Origin: an uncultured Chloroflexia bacterium
GTDB lineage: Bacteria > Chloroflexota > Limnocylindria > Limnocylindrales > CSP1-4
Direction of reading: 5' to 3'
Assembly: GCA_963819655.1 (NCBI GenBank)
Contig: CAWFXA010000002.1
Location: 1,728,137 to 1,792,136, forward strand
DNA: 64,000 nt
The notes beneath the pieces are model-generated. The model was not told where the DNA came from and did not search any database. It saw nothing but the letters and a program-made list of their open reading frames with translations. Each line of letters begins with the position of its first letter. Positions within the stretch are counted from its first letter, which is position 1. Below are positions 51,833 through 63,231 of this stretch, in pieces. The translations under genes and the position numbers were made by a program.

Positions 51833-53180
51833 ATGACCTCAGGCATCCCGCGGGCCTCGCTCGGCGAGAACGTCCGCTTCACGCTGACGTACCTCCTGCC
51901 GAGCATGCTCCGGGGGGCCCTGATCCCGCAGCCGTTCTGGACCGATGCGGGGATCCGGCTCGACAACGGGCGCGGCGTGGCGACGGTGGAGCGCCTGACC
52001 AGGCGGTACTCCGGCCGGCCGGTGATGCTTCGGGGCGTCAACGGGCAGACGCTCCTCGTCCTGGCGGCCGATGACATCCGCCGGGTCCTCGAGTCACCCG
52101 TGTCCGTCTACGGGATGAACGCCGGCGAGAAGCGGCGGCTGTTCGCCGAGTTCGCACCCGATGTGCTCAACGGCTCGCCGCCGGAGCTCGCATGCCGAGC
52201 GCCGGCCGTTTAACGAGGCGGTGCTGAACTATGGACACGAGCCCCATCGCTTCGCGGAGCGATTCCTGACGATCGTTCACGAGGAAATCGCGGCGATGCT
52301 GGCCGACGACGGCGTCCTCGATTACGAGCGGTCGCTCGCGGCCTTTCGACGGATCGCGCGGCGCTGCGCCTTCGGCGAAGCTGCCGAGGATGACACGGAG
52401 TTCAGCGACGAGCACGGCCGACTGCGAGCGGACGGCGACTGGCTGGGGCTCAAGTTCTGGAATCGACGCAGGAATGCACGACTGCGTGCATCCATGGACG
52501 CACGGATCGAGCGGTACGTAGCGGCCGCCGAGCCCGGCACGCTCGTAAGTCTCTTCGCGTCTGCGCCCAAGGAGGCGGAAACCAAGCCGAACGGCCAGGT
52601 GCCGTTCTGGCTGATGGCGCTCGACGCGGTTCGCATCGCGGTCTTCAACACGCTGGCGCTGCTCATGACCAATCCCGCCGCGCGCGAGCGCGCCCTCGCC
52701 GAGGTCCGCACGGCGGACACGGCCCACGGGCCGGGCACGGTCGCCGCCCTCGCCGAGCTTGCCTTCGTGCGCGCCTGCCTGCTCGACAGCGTTCGGCTGT
52801 GGCCCGCGGCAGCGGCGCTCGTCCGAGTCACGGCGGTCGAGACGGAGTGGTACGGCGAGACGCTGCCGATCGGCGCGAAGGTCCTCATCCCCGTCGTCGC
52901 ACACCATCGCGCGAGTCGGCTGCCGCATGCGAACCGGTTCGCACCGGACCTCTGGCTCGACGGCTCGGCGGACGCCGACTGGCAGATGAACGTGTTCTCG
53001 CGCGGCGGCGCACAGTGTGCCGGCCGGAATCTCGCCCTCCTGCTTGGCACCGCCAGTCTGGCGGAGCTGCTCCGACAGCGGGAGTTCGAGCTCCTGAGGC
53101 CGAAGCTCGCCCCGGACCGGCCGCTCCCGTACGGAATCAACCCGTTGAACGTCCGATTTGCCGTTCGCGGAACCCGTTGA
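51833..53180 (+). CDS. Atypical cytochrome P450 (frameshift near 52190)
   Basis: FSRGGAQCAG heme-Cys motif, DSVRLWP (ExxR variant), FAPDLW. Confidence 0.88.
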
Positions 53181-53328
53181 CATCGCCGGCCGTGTTGGGT
53201 TTGCCCACGGGGGCGTCGTCAGCCAGGGCGACCAGTCAGGAGGCCCGGCCTGTCAGCCCCGTCGCCGGCGGATTGCGGTCGATGTTGGCTTTCAGCAATC
53301 ATCTGGCCGCCAGACACGCAATCGTCGC

Positions 53329-53860
53329 CTAAGGGAAAGACAAGCACCAAAGACCGGGGCCTGACCAGTAGATCGCTACCCGTGGTGTGCTCCCCGTTAG
53401 CGCGGCGTATCTGGCAAGACCGTCAAGGTTCGCCTTTGGCATCTTGAAGGGACGATCGATCCCTTGGACTGGATGGTTCTTGACTTCGATCGACAGGTTC
53501 CTGCCATCCTCCAGGACGACGCGATAGTCGCCCGGTCGAACTCGGTCAGCGGGCCTCGCCCACGTCGTGCCTTGGTCCTCTTCCGTCAATAGAGCGACCG
53601 CGCCCATGCACGTACGACCTGTCCGAACATCACCTGGGTGTGCTAGCCGTAAACCCGCGCCGGATTCGCGAGCGATCTGCGGACACCTTCGCGGAAGCGG
53701 GCGATGACAGAGTCGAGGCGGGCTTCGTCTCCGAGAGCCCATGTCGCGGAGTCGTCGAGTCTCGCAAGAGATCGAGGCCGCCGAGTTCTGCAGCGTGACG
53801 AGGAAGCGCGACTAGAGGAACACGCTTTGGGGCTGCCTTCTTGGCGCGGTCGCGGCTCAC
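53329..53860 (-). pseudogene. PD-(D/E)XK nuclease-like remnant
   Basis: PGDYRVVLEDGRNLSIEVKN; frameshifted and apparently truncated. Confidence 0.5.
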
Positions 53861-54022
53861 GGGTCGAAGCGTACCGACCGGCCGGCGGCTCCGCCGGTTG
53901 TGTGCCGACGAGCCAACACTATGACCAGATCGTGTCGCCGACGTAGTCCTCAGCCAGCGTGGTCCTCGAGGGCTGCAGGCGTGAACACGCTCGGCCGGCT
54001 CGCGGGAAGCCAGTGCCTCGGT

Positions 54023-55551
54023 CTAGTCCCCAAGCGGGTTCAGCAGGTTTGCCCTTCCTCGGAAAGCGAACAGCAGGAGGTCGGTCATGGCGAAGTTCGG
54101 CTTGCTGGGGCCCAGGGTGGGTTTGAAGGCCGTGTCGCGGACGATCGAGAACTTGCTGCCCTCCATGGCGCGGTGGAACGTCTCCGCCACGATGCGCGCG
54201 CCGACGCCACCGAGTTTGCCTCCGTTGAACTCGGCCTCGCGCAGGATGTAGAACCACAGGGGTGTGTTCGTGAGCAATGCAGTTCGTTGCGCCAGGCTGA
54301 GGCCGGCAAAGGTCGCGCCGTTCGAGCCATCCCGGATCTGCGCTGTGCGTGAGCCTGGTCAGCGTCACGCCCTTGCTCCTCAGGAAGGTCAACATCTGCT
54401 GGCCGGTGGCGAGATTGACCATGTTCGCCCTGGTCAGGTTGCGGAAGGCGAGGTTCTTCCGCGGGTCCGGGTCCGGCACCCGCAACTGCCGCAGCGGGTT
54501 GACCAGCTTCGTGTCGACGCGCATCGCCCTGTTGAACTTGCCTGTCGGGACGACCAGATCGGCTCGCTCGAACTTGAACAAGCGGCGGAAATCGGCGATC
54601 CAGATGTTCGGCAGCCGCGTCCCGCCACCCAGGTCGCCGTTCAGCCCCGAGAAGTCGAACAGCTGATCAAGCGTTGCGTCGGGGAAGTTCACGTTCCAGC
54701 TGTACTCGGCCCGGATCATGCTGTGGCCTAGCCGGTAGGCCGCAACGGAGAACTCGATTGGCATCGTCGGGAGGGCCATCGGACTCGCCCCTACCTCGAA
54801 TGCCTTGCGGCCGTTGCTTGAAGACATCGTCGACCACGGCCTTCTGGCAGATCCGCGGGAGGAAGTCGTGCCGGATCACCCACTGGTAGTGCTTGGTCAC
54901 GATCTTCCGCGCCTCATTGAAGCGCTGCGCCGCTGGAACCGAGGCCGGAAGCGTGTCGACGACGCGGTTGTGGAACCTGATCATCGCCAGGTGGGTCTGA
55001 GCGACGGCCAGATTCTCGTCGTTTCGCGGGATCGGGGATGAGCGCCTCCCGCTTCTGCGCCAACGTTCCCGTTCCCTTCCGCGGCAGGTCGAATCCCTGC
55101 GAGGGCGGCCCGTCCCGGCGTTGCCCATCTTGAGGTGCAGGCCGTCGCTGTAGAACTTGGCCGAGCCCGGATCCTGCGGCCCGGCGCCGTACAGCGAGTC
55201 CAGATCGAGGCTCGGCGAGCGGTTCTGCTCAAGCTCCGCCGGGGAGATGTCGCCGCCCTCCATCAGGGCGCTCTTGTCGAAGGTGAGGTCGTGGTCGATG
55301 AACTGGCCGACATAGGTGAAGCCGGCGGGTATCGGCCCGGCCGTCAGGTTGCCGACGGTCATCGCCTCCGCGATCTTCCTGCGGTTCGTCTCACCCAGCT
55401 GCTTCCCGGCGCCCTTCGGCCCCAGGCGCGAAAAGCGAAACGGCGGTACGGTCGCGGCATCGGCCGCGATGGCGAGCGCCCTGCCGCCCAAGGCCTCCCC
55501 GAGCAACCCCTCGCCGAGCACGAAATAGCTTTCCGAACCATGACGGATCAC
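54023..55551 (-). CDS. Animal-type heme peroxidase / fatty-acid dioxygenase family (several frameshifts)
   Basis: TYVGQFIDHDLT, LDLDSLYG, PRNDEN, RFHN, AYRLGHSM, TPLWFYILREAE, LGGVGARIVAETF. Confidence 0.9.
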
Positions 55552-55620
55552 GGTGCCCCCCTTTCCCGAGGCTAGTCGCGGGGCGTATCGTTCGACGCCC
55601 TCGCGAACGAACTCAACAGC

Positions 55621-55908
55621 TCACCCACCGACGACCCACGAGGAGCGAATTGAACCATTGCAGTTGCCCCGGATCGTGTCAATCAGGGCGCAGGCTATCA
55701 ACCCATCGTCGCTCGAGCGTGCCTTGAAGCGCCGGACGCCGCGCCGCGTCCGTCCGACCTTGAGGATGAAGTTCTCGAGCTCCGTGTCAGTGAAGGGCAC
55801 CTTGAACCGCCCTTCCTCCTCGCCGCCCAGCCCGCTTGCCTCGACGCGATAGGTACGCCGCGACGGGCCGCGCTCGATCCGCAGCCGGAACTGTGCGTAG
55901 GCCGTCAT
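55621..55908 (-). pseudogene. Truncated N-terminus of another CHAT-type gene
   Basis: YAQFRLRIE...YRVEAS...GRFKVPF resembles YLDFEIDV...YTVNVRS...MRFPF of the 47653 CHAT. Confidence 0.6.
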
Positions 55909-56217
55909 CCCGCGACCTAGCGTGATGGCGCCATGGCTCACCGACCTCCAGGCGACCGGGTCCGCAGACCCTCGAGCGCAATCATAGGAGTTGGCGCAAC
56001 TCGTCCTGCGCCGGCGAGCACTAGGCGATGGTCAGGGCGGTTCGGCGGTCGACCGGGGCTTGCGGACCGACCGATGGAGTGCCCGCCAAGGTCGCCGCCT
56101 ACACGCTGTTCACCGAGCGCCCGACCGAGCGGGCCGCGCGGTCGTGCACGTCGAAGGCCGTATTCAGCTGGTGCCGAGAGGCCCGCTCGCGGACATCGAA
56201 GCTGTGGCGGCGCGGCG

Positions 56218-57385
56218 TCAGAGCGTCTCTTCCATCAGCGTGCGCACGTGGAGCAGCAGCTTCATGAGCTCTGGCGCGGCGGCGATGAGATCGAGATCGT
56301 CGGGCTGGACGTGGTCGAACAGCCGGAACTCGGTGTGGGCCGCCAGCCGCCCACTCGGCTCCAAGGCCGATGCGAGGGCCCGTGACTCGACGAACGGCAC
56401 GTGATGGTCCTCGGTCTCGTGCATCAGGTGGACGTCGGCACGGATGCCTTCGAGGTGTCGCACGGGTGAGATGGCATCCATGAAGGCGCGGGCACCGACC
56501 GGCAGCGCACCGATCGCCACCTCGGCATCCTCCAAGGTCGGGGCCGTGAGCAGGTCGTGGATGGACCGCGCCGCGTCGGTCTCGAGCGAGGCCCGCAGCG
56601 GAGCGTCGGGCGACGGCCGATCCGCAGCCAGGATCGCCGCCGCGAATGCGGCCTCGAGGCGTGGACGGTCGGGCGCATCGCCGAGCTGCTCGAGCAGGAA
56701 GCTCAAGTACACCTCGCGGACCAATGGCGTCGGCGTCCAGGGCACCGCGGCTCCGTCCGAACCTCGGTACGCGTGCGCCGAGACGGCAGCGAGGTAGGTG
56801 GAGGCATCGGCGAAGGCGCCGAAGGCGTTCACCCAGCGGACCTGTCCGGCGATCCGCGGATCGCCCGCGGCGAGGAGGGCGAGCGAGCCCCCGACGCTGA
56901 AGCCGACGATCCCGATCCTCGAGCGGTCGACCTCGGGCCGGGTCGCCAGCACCGCGAAGGCCTGCACCACACCGTCGATCTCGTCGACCTCGAGGCGCGC
57001 TTCCAGCAACGTGCGCGAATCGGGCACGAGCACCGCGACGCCCGTCCGTGCCAGGCCATCGGCGACCCGTTCGATGATCGGATGATTGCGTCCGAGGTTG
57101 TTCACCCCGAAGACGAGCAGCATGGCGCCGGCCGGGCGACTCGGCCGAGGCCCAGGACGGCAGCCACAACTCCGCGAGATCGGGATCGGCGCCTGGCTCG
57201 GCGACGCGGTAGGTGACGCTCGTTCGCTGCGGCGCCTCGGTGACCAGGTTCAGTGGCTTCGGGCCGGCGTCGAGCAGGTTCGGAAGCAGGACGGCGGTCT
57301 GGATCGCGACGCGGCTCGGCTCCCAGGCCACGGCGACGACGACCAGCACGAGCAGCACCAGGCCGATCCGTCGCAGGCGGCGCAT
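56218..57385 (-). CDS. Alpha/beta-hydrolase fold protein (frameshift near 57135)
   Basis: IGIVGFSVGG, DHHVPF; N-terminal anchor. Confidence 0.75.
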
Positions 57386-57409
57386 CGGCACATCCTAGGC
57401 GAGCGACCG

Positions 57410-58272
57410 CTATCCACCGGCCAGCCACTCGTCCAGGAACGAGGTGACCGTCTCGAGCATCTCGTCGCCGGCCAACAGCGCCGGGTCGTTGTGGTGGCCT
57501 GCGGAGAGCGGGACGTACCGTTTCGGCTCGCCCGCCGCGTCGAAGACCCGGCGGCTCAGCTCCGCCGGCACGACCTCGTCGCGCTCTGTCACCAGCACGA
57601 GCAGGGGCACGCGCACCTCGCGAAGCTGCTCGGCCAGCGGATATCGGTCGAACAGCAGAGCGTCGAATATCGGCAGGAACGGGTAGTGGTGGCGCCCCAC
57701 CTCGGCGAGCGATGACGGCGGCGACCGGAGGACGAGGGCAGCCGGCGGCCGCTCGGTCGCCAGACCGCCGGCTACGGCGGCTCCGAGCGACTCGCCGAAG
57801 TACAGCGACGCGCTCGGGGTCGACCTCCGGGCGGGCGGCAAGCGCCTCTGCCGCGGCGCGAGCATCGGCGCGGAGCCCGTCCTCGCTCGGTGTGCCTGGG
57901 TTCCGGGCATAGCCGCGGTAGTCGAAGAGCAGGACGCTGTAGCCGCGCTCGGCGAGCGCTTCGGCGAGCGGCAGCCGATGCGAGCGATCGCCGGCGTTGC
58001 CATTGCAGATTAGGACGGCCGGACCGGGCGCCGGCTCGGCGCCAGACCGTCAGCTTCACCGCTGGCCGGCAGGAACCAGCCCGACAGGCGCACGCCGTCA
58101 GCGGTGTGCAACTCCACGACCTCCGCCTCGGCAGGCAGGAGCTCCGCAGAGGGCTCGTCGATCCCGGGAAGTAGATCAGGCTCCGCTGGGCGACGTAGAC
58201 AACGGCAAGCACGACCGCCGCGAGCAGCGCCACCACCGTGATCGCGCGCATGAGCAGCTCCGGGATGGCCAT
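57410..58272 (-). CDS. Alpha/beta-hydrolase, ABHD13/Bem46-like (frameshifts)
   Basis: QRSLIYFP, GNAG, FDYRGY, FGESLG, DEVVP, GHHND. Confidence 0.88.
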
Positions 58273-58281
58273 CGTGGCTGG

Positions 58282-58818
58282 TTAGGTCGCGTCGCGCCGC
58301 ACCAGGATCCCGAGGTAGGCCTTCCACGGGCCGACCGCCGTGTCGTAGCTGCCGGCGAGGGCCGCGTAGATCTGGGCGACGTGGTCGAGGTCGTGGACGG
58401 CCCACGTCGCGAGGAGTTGGCGCATCGTGACCTCGCCGAGCTCTGGGTGGCGGCCGATGCGATCGAGGTCGTCCTCGTCGACCAGCTCGCGCAGTCGAAT
58501 GAGCTGCTCGGCGCGAAGCTGCTCGAAGCGGTCGATGAGCGCGGGCAGCGGGATGCCCTTGTCGCGCTCCTGGTGTGCGAACCGATCGAACGGTTCGAAG
58601 GGCTTCTTGGCGCCGTGCTCGAGGATCAGCTCGGCCCGTGGGATCCAGTCGTCGAGCTCGGCCGAGATCAGGTGGCCGACGACGTCGCGCGGCGTCCAGC
58701 CGCCGGGTGTGTCGGGCGTGTCGAGCCAGCTGTCGGGCAGGCCGTCGAGCAACCCGCGCACGACCCGCGGCGTGCGCTCGAGCAGCGCCCTCGTGTCGGC
58801 CAGGAAGCTGTCGGCCAT
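58282..58818 (-). CDS. DinB-family protein
   Basis: WTPRDVVGHL, HPELG, WAVHDLDH. Confidence 0.92.
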   Translation of the reverse strand: MADSFLADTRALLERTPRVVRGLLDGLPDSWLDTPDTPGGWTPRDVVGHLISAELDDWIPRAELILEHGAKKPFEPFDRFAHQERDKGIPLPALIDRFEQLRAEQLIRLRELVDEDDLDRIGRHPELGEVTMRQLLATWAVHDLDHVAQIYAALAGSYDTAVGPWKAYLGILVRRDAT

Positions 58819-58865
58819 GGCGGCATTGTCGCGCGGCCGTGCGAAGAACACTCGCCCGTCTTGGA

Positions 58866-59279
58866 CTACCCGTCCCCGGGCGGATCGTCGGTCCCGCGCG
58901 CCAGCGCCACCAAGGCGATGGCCGCGCCGACGGCGATGGGGAGCGGTATCCAGATCTCCGGAAGCGCCCAGTTGTAGGAGATGTTGGGATCGCCGAGTGC
59001 GGTTAGTCGGCCCGGCCAGTGCTGGACGATGTCGAAGCCAGCCCAGGCGAGGGCGAGGAGCGATGCGACGACCCCGAGCGTTCGCGCCCAGCGCCGCCCG
59101 GTCCACAGTCCGCGCGCGCCGACGAGGGCCAGGATGGCGATCAGCCCGTAGGGCCCGACGAGGATCAATGCCAGCGGGCCGTACGGCCCGAACATCGCCG
59201 GCAGGTTGAGCGCGAACCAGGCCAGCGCTACGATGCCGACCAAGGTGAGCGCGAGTGCCGCGCGACGCCGCATCTTCAT
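58866..59279 (-). CDS. Small membrane protein
   Basis: About 4 hydrophobic segments. Confidence 0.65.
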   Translation of the reverse strand: MKMRRRAALALTLVGIVALAWFALNLPAMFGPYGPLALILVGPYGLIAILALVGARGLWTGRRWARTLGVVASLLALAWAGFDIVQHWPGRLTALGDPNISYNWALPEIWIPLPIAVGAAIALVALARGTDDPPGDG

Positions 59280-59405
59280 GTAACCCGGCTCTCCCTCAAG
59301 CTCGGACCATTTCTGGCGGCCTTGAACGGTACACCCCGCGGTCGAGCGCGATTTCGACCCCCGCCTACTCGATTGACGGGTAGGGGCGCCCATGGGAGAC
59401 GGGGG

Positions 59406-59861
59406 CTACGCGGTCTTCGATCGAAGCTCGAAGACGGGTCGGGTAATCGCCGCGCGCTCGGGGTCGGTGCGGACCTCCGGGGCGGCCGCCGCGAAGAGGA
59501 TCCGCGCGAAGAGCCGTCCGAACCATGGCAGCCGGCGCACGTACGTCGGGAGCGTCGCGCGTAGAAGTCGGTCGCTTCGTCCGGTCGAGCTCCCGCGCGG
59601 CCACTGGCTCGGTCCGGCCGCGGACCCGGATCTCGGCCGCGCCAGCCGCGCGCAGGTTGCGGACCCACTGGACGTCGCCGTAGGCCCCGATGACCAGCGC
59701 CGGCCATCGAGCTCCACGACGGCCACCGCCGCCGAGCGCGGCAGTCCGCTCGTTCGACCGCGGACGGTCAGGAGCACGTTCGGGCCCATCGGCGTGCCGA
59801 GGCGGAGCAGCCGACGGGAGAGGGGATTCGAGGCGCGGACGAAAGCGGGAGCGGTGGTCAT
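59406..59861 (-). CDS. DDN-family deazaflavin-dependent oxidoreductase (frameshifts)
   Basis: LLTVRGRTSGLPR, PVFEL. Confidence 0.8.
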   Translation of the reverse strand: MTTAPAFVRASNPLSRRLLRLGTPMGPNVLLTVRGRTSGLPRSAAVAVVELDGRRWSSGPTATSSGSATCARLARPRSGSAAGPSQWPRGSSTGRSDRLLRATLPTYVRRLPWFGRLFARILFAAAAPEVRTDPERAAITRPVFELRSKTA

Positions 59862-59908
59862 CGGAAGGTCCTCGGTCACGTTCTGGTGGTTGCGGTCGTC
59901 ACTCGGTT

Positions 59909-59935
59909 GACGGACCCTGACTGGAGAACGTGACC
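59909..59935 (-). promoter_or_regulatory. ECF41-type promoter for the divergent oxidoreductase
   Basis: GGTCACG-N16-CGTC, close to the TGTCACA-N16-CGTC consensus. Confidence 0.7.
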
Positions 59936-59937
59936 GG

Positions 59938-60848
59938 ATGACCGACTCGGACTGGCTGGCCGCTCGATTCGAGGACCATCGCCCGCATCTGCGGTCGGTG
60001 GCGTATCGCATGCTCGGCTCGCTGTCCGAGGCCGAAGACACGGTCCAGGACGCCTGGCTTCGGGCGAGTCGAGCCGACAGTGCCGCCGTCGAGAATCTCG
60101 GCGGCTGGCTGACGACTATCGTCGCGCGGCTGAGCCTCGATCGACTGCGCGCGCGCTCCGCCCGTCGAGAGGAGCTCGTCGGTGTCCAGATCCCGGACCC
60201 GATCGTCTCGAGCATCCAGGGCGGTTCGGCGTCCGCCATGGGCGACCCCGAGCACCTGACAGTGCTGGCGGATTCGATCGGGCTCGCGATGCTCATCGTC
60301 CTCGACCGGTTCCCGCCCGCCGAGCGGCTGGCGTTCGTCCTTCACGACACGTTCGGCCTGCCGTTCGATGAGATCGCGCCGATCGTCGAGCGGACGCCGA
60401 CCGCGACCCGCCAGCTCGCGAGTCGTGCCCGTCGCCGCGTCCGGGGCGCCGGCCCGACGTCCTCGGACGTGCCGCTCGCTCGCCAGCGCGAGATCGTCGA
60501 TGCCTTCATCGCCGCCTCACAGGCGGGCGACTTCGAGGCGCTCCTGCGCATCCTCGATCCGGACGTCGTCGTTCGTGCCGACACGGCCGCGGACCGAGGC
60601 CCATTCGCGGGCGTGACCGAGGTCCGCGGAGCGCGCGCCGTCGCGGCGCAGGCGAGGCTTTCGGGCGCTTCGCGGCGGGCGCACGCCGCGCGATCGTGAA
60701 CGGTGGCGCCGGTGCCGTGGTCTATTCGGGCGGTCGGCCGTTCGGTGTCGTGGGGGTCACGATCCGCGGCGATGCCATCGTCGAGATGGACTTCATCCTG
60801 CGGCCCGAGCGGCTCCGGGCGCTGGGTCTCGGCTCCGGCGCTGAGTAA
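59938..60848 (+). CDS. ECF41-like sigma factor with SnoaL-like C-terminal extension (frameshift near 60660)
   Basis: AYRMLGSLSEAED, RQLASRARRRV, LDPDVV, RPERL. Confidence 0.9.
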
Positions 60849-60902
60849 GTCGTGGACGGCTCAGGTAGCGCCGGAACGCTGCTGCGGTGGCGAACCAGCA
60901 CG

Positions 60903-60967
60903 GTGATGCACGAATCTGGCCGTCGGGTAAAGGTCTGGTCGACCGATGCAGCCATGCGCCGCATCGG
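60903..60967 (+). repeat. ~62-bp palindromic intergenic element, copy 6
   Basis: GTGATGCA...GGTCGACCGATGCAGCCATGCGCCGCATCGG; spacer resembles copy 5. Confidence 0.75.
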
Positions 60968-61307
60968 CGGCGGGGACGGTGGTCGGCGATGCAGTCGACA
61001 TGCGTCAGCTGGTGCGCCGCCGCACCAGCTGTGACAACCGACCTGTCTCGCGGTCGTTCGATGATCGAACGCGAGTCGGAGGTCGACCGGGGCCGCCGTG
61101 ACACGGCGGGAGGGGCCTGCCGATGCTCGTCGATGATGCCCGCGACCTCGTCCTCTCGAGCTTACATGCGGTCGCGCCCTGGACGGAGGATCTCGATCCA
61201 GACGAGGATGAGCTCGGCGACGCTGCTCTGCCGAACTGCGGCGAGTGCGCGCGAGCGCGACTTCTTCGACCTCGATATCGCCGACGGCAAGCTAGACGGC
61301 GACGTCG

Positions 61308-61529
61308 ATGATTGACCTTGTTCGCTACGATGCCCAGAAGGTCAACCGCGACGGCTGCGTGGTAGGGGGATGGACGATCGGAGCGACGTCCGACGGCGAG
61401 CTGGCCATGCGTCTGGTAAGAGGCGTGTGGGGCCATCTCGTGGGCGACGCCGTCGGTGCAGCGTTGGCCGAGCCGCTCGGCATCCCGCCCGAGTTCCAAC
61501 GCAGGACCACGACGGACTGGAACAACTGA
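61308..61529 (+). pseudogene. Possible ADP-ribosylglycohydrolase N-terminal fragment
   Basis: RLVRGVWGHLVGDAVG resembles the G...GDAxG ARH motif; ORF ends immediately after. Confidence 0.4.
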
Positions 61530-62112
61530 TGCCACTCTCCGAGCGGTTCGACGGCGCCCTTGGCGACCGCCAGTCGCCTCCACGCGATCAGACCCGTAAG
61601 AGTACGGAGATCCCATACGTCAGCCACCTGATAGGGACCTGCTCGATCGCTCTCGAGTACGGCGCGACAGAAGATCAGGCGATTGCCGCCCTGCTGCACG
61701 ATGTCCTCGAGGACGTCGAGCCGATCGACCGGGCGCGCGCGGAAGTGGCCGCCTTCGGACAAGAAGTTCTGCGGATCGTCAAAGGATGCACCGACACGGA
61801 ACTGCACCCCAAGCCGCCGTGGCGCGAGCGCAAGGTTGCGTACCTTGCTCGACCTGCTGGATGAGGACGGAGCGGTGCTACTGGTCTCAGCATCCGACAA
61901 GCTCCAAAACGCGCGAGCGATCTTGCGCGACCTGCGCACGGGCGGGGAGTCGGTCTGGAGTCGGTTCAACGCCGGTCGCGAAGGGCAGCTCTGGTACTAC
62001 GCGGCGCTGGTGAAGGCGTTTCGCTTCGAACCGAAGCATGACCCCGCACTGATCGACGAACTCGACCGAACAGTGAGGGACATCGAACGCCACGCCGGAG
62101 GCGGATCGATGA
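61529..62112 (+). CDS. Stand-alone HD-domain (ppGpp-hydrolase-like) protein (frameshifts)
   Basis: QTRK...PYVSHL, ALLHDVLED, ASDKLQNAR. Confidence 0.85.
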
Positions 62113-63100
62113 TCACGACGCTCGAGCTGACTGCCGAGCAACAGCACGATCGTCGAGTGCGGGCGACAGACGGCGGCCGGGTCATCGCCGGGCCGGCGCC
62201 GGCAGGACGAGGGTCATCGTCGAGCGGGTCAGGCACCTCCTGGAGACCCGCGACGACCTCCAGCCGGAGAACCTCTGGTCCTGACCTATAACGTCAAGGC
62301 CGCGGCCGAGTTGCGCGCGCGGATCGAGGCCGCGGTCGGGATCGCTGACGCCGCCCGCATGACAGTCAGCAACTTCCACAGCTTCTGCCAAGGGATCCTG
62401 ACCGACAACGCGGGCGACGCCGGGCTGCCTGCGCGCCCCGACGTCCTCGACGGCGTCGGACCAGGTGCTGCTCCTGCGGGACCTCGTGCCAGAGCTCCGG
62501 CTGCTCTATCACGGGACCAACGACTACTGGTACGCGAACATCGTCAACTTCATCAATCGGTGCAAGGACGAGCTCGTGCGACCCTCCGATTTCGAGGCGT
62601 TCGCGATCGGCGAACGGCGGGCGTTCGAAGGCCGATACGGCGACGCCGAAGTCGCCGTAGAACGACTCGAGACCCAGGGCAATCTGACTCCGCTGCGCGC
62701 AGTCCGCGGCTCGTATGCGAGAGCAGCGTGCTGCCGAGCGTGCGGGTGACGGGTTCGACGCGGCCACTTTCGAGAAGGACGCCGAACGGGAGGCGCGGAA
62801 GACCAGTCGCCGGTGACGGGACCACCCGACCGAGGAATTTGTTCGCCAGCTGATGGCCTTCAACGCACCGACGCCCTCGCACCGCCACGTATGTCGAGGA
62901 CGCCGCTGCCCTCGAGGTCCTGCGCCTGACCGGAACTCGCCATCCTCTACCGCGCCTACGAGCTGGAGCTCGCCAACCGCGGGGCGCTCGACTACGGCGA
63001 GCAGATCGCCGGCGTGATGCAGCTGTTCAAGACCCGGCCCAACGTCTTGCCGGCGCTAGCAGCGCCAGTACATATACATCCTGGTCGACGAGTTCCAGGG
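62109..63100 (+). pseudogene. UvrD/PcrA-family helicase, heavily frameshifted, ends after Walker B
   Basis: LTAEQ, TRVIVERV, LTYNVKAAAEL, NFHSFC, LDYGEQI, YILVDEFQ. Confidence 0.75.
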
Positions 63101-63231
63101 CGCCGCCCCGGTCGGAGCGCTAGGACAACTTGAGGCGTGTGAGCGGTCCCTTCGTTTTTCCGAAACCGCCGCAGAGCGCGAACTCTGGATTTCGCCGCCC
63201 AGGCCTTCAGACGTGTGTCGTCGAATGCTCG

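Noticed and set aside
852-60967. Palindromic repeats as integron attC sites or CRISPR repeats
   Set aside because: No RYYYAAC/GTTRRRY boxes, no integrase or cas genes, and copies are dispersed rather than arrayed
61683-62291. HD-domain/UvrD fusion
   Set aside because: Region is error-rich and the junction has an ATGA overlap typical of separate genes; fusion cannot be supported
1705-63100. Frequent frameshifts as programmed frameshifting or mass pseudogenisation
   Set aside because: They hit unrelated housekeeping genes whose motifs are otherwise intact; long-read indel error is the simpler explanation
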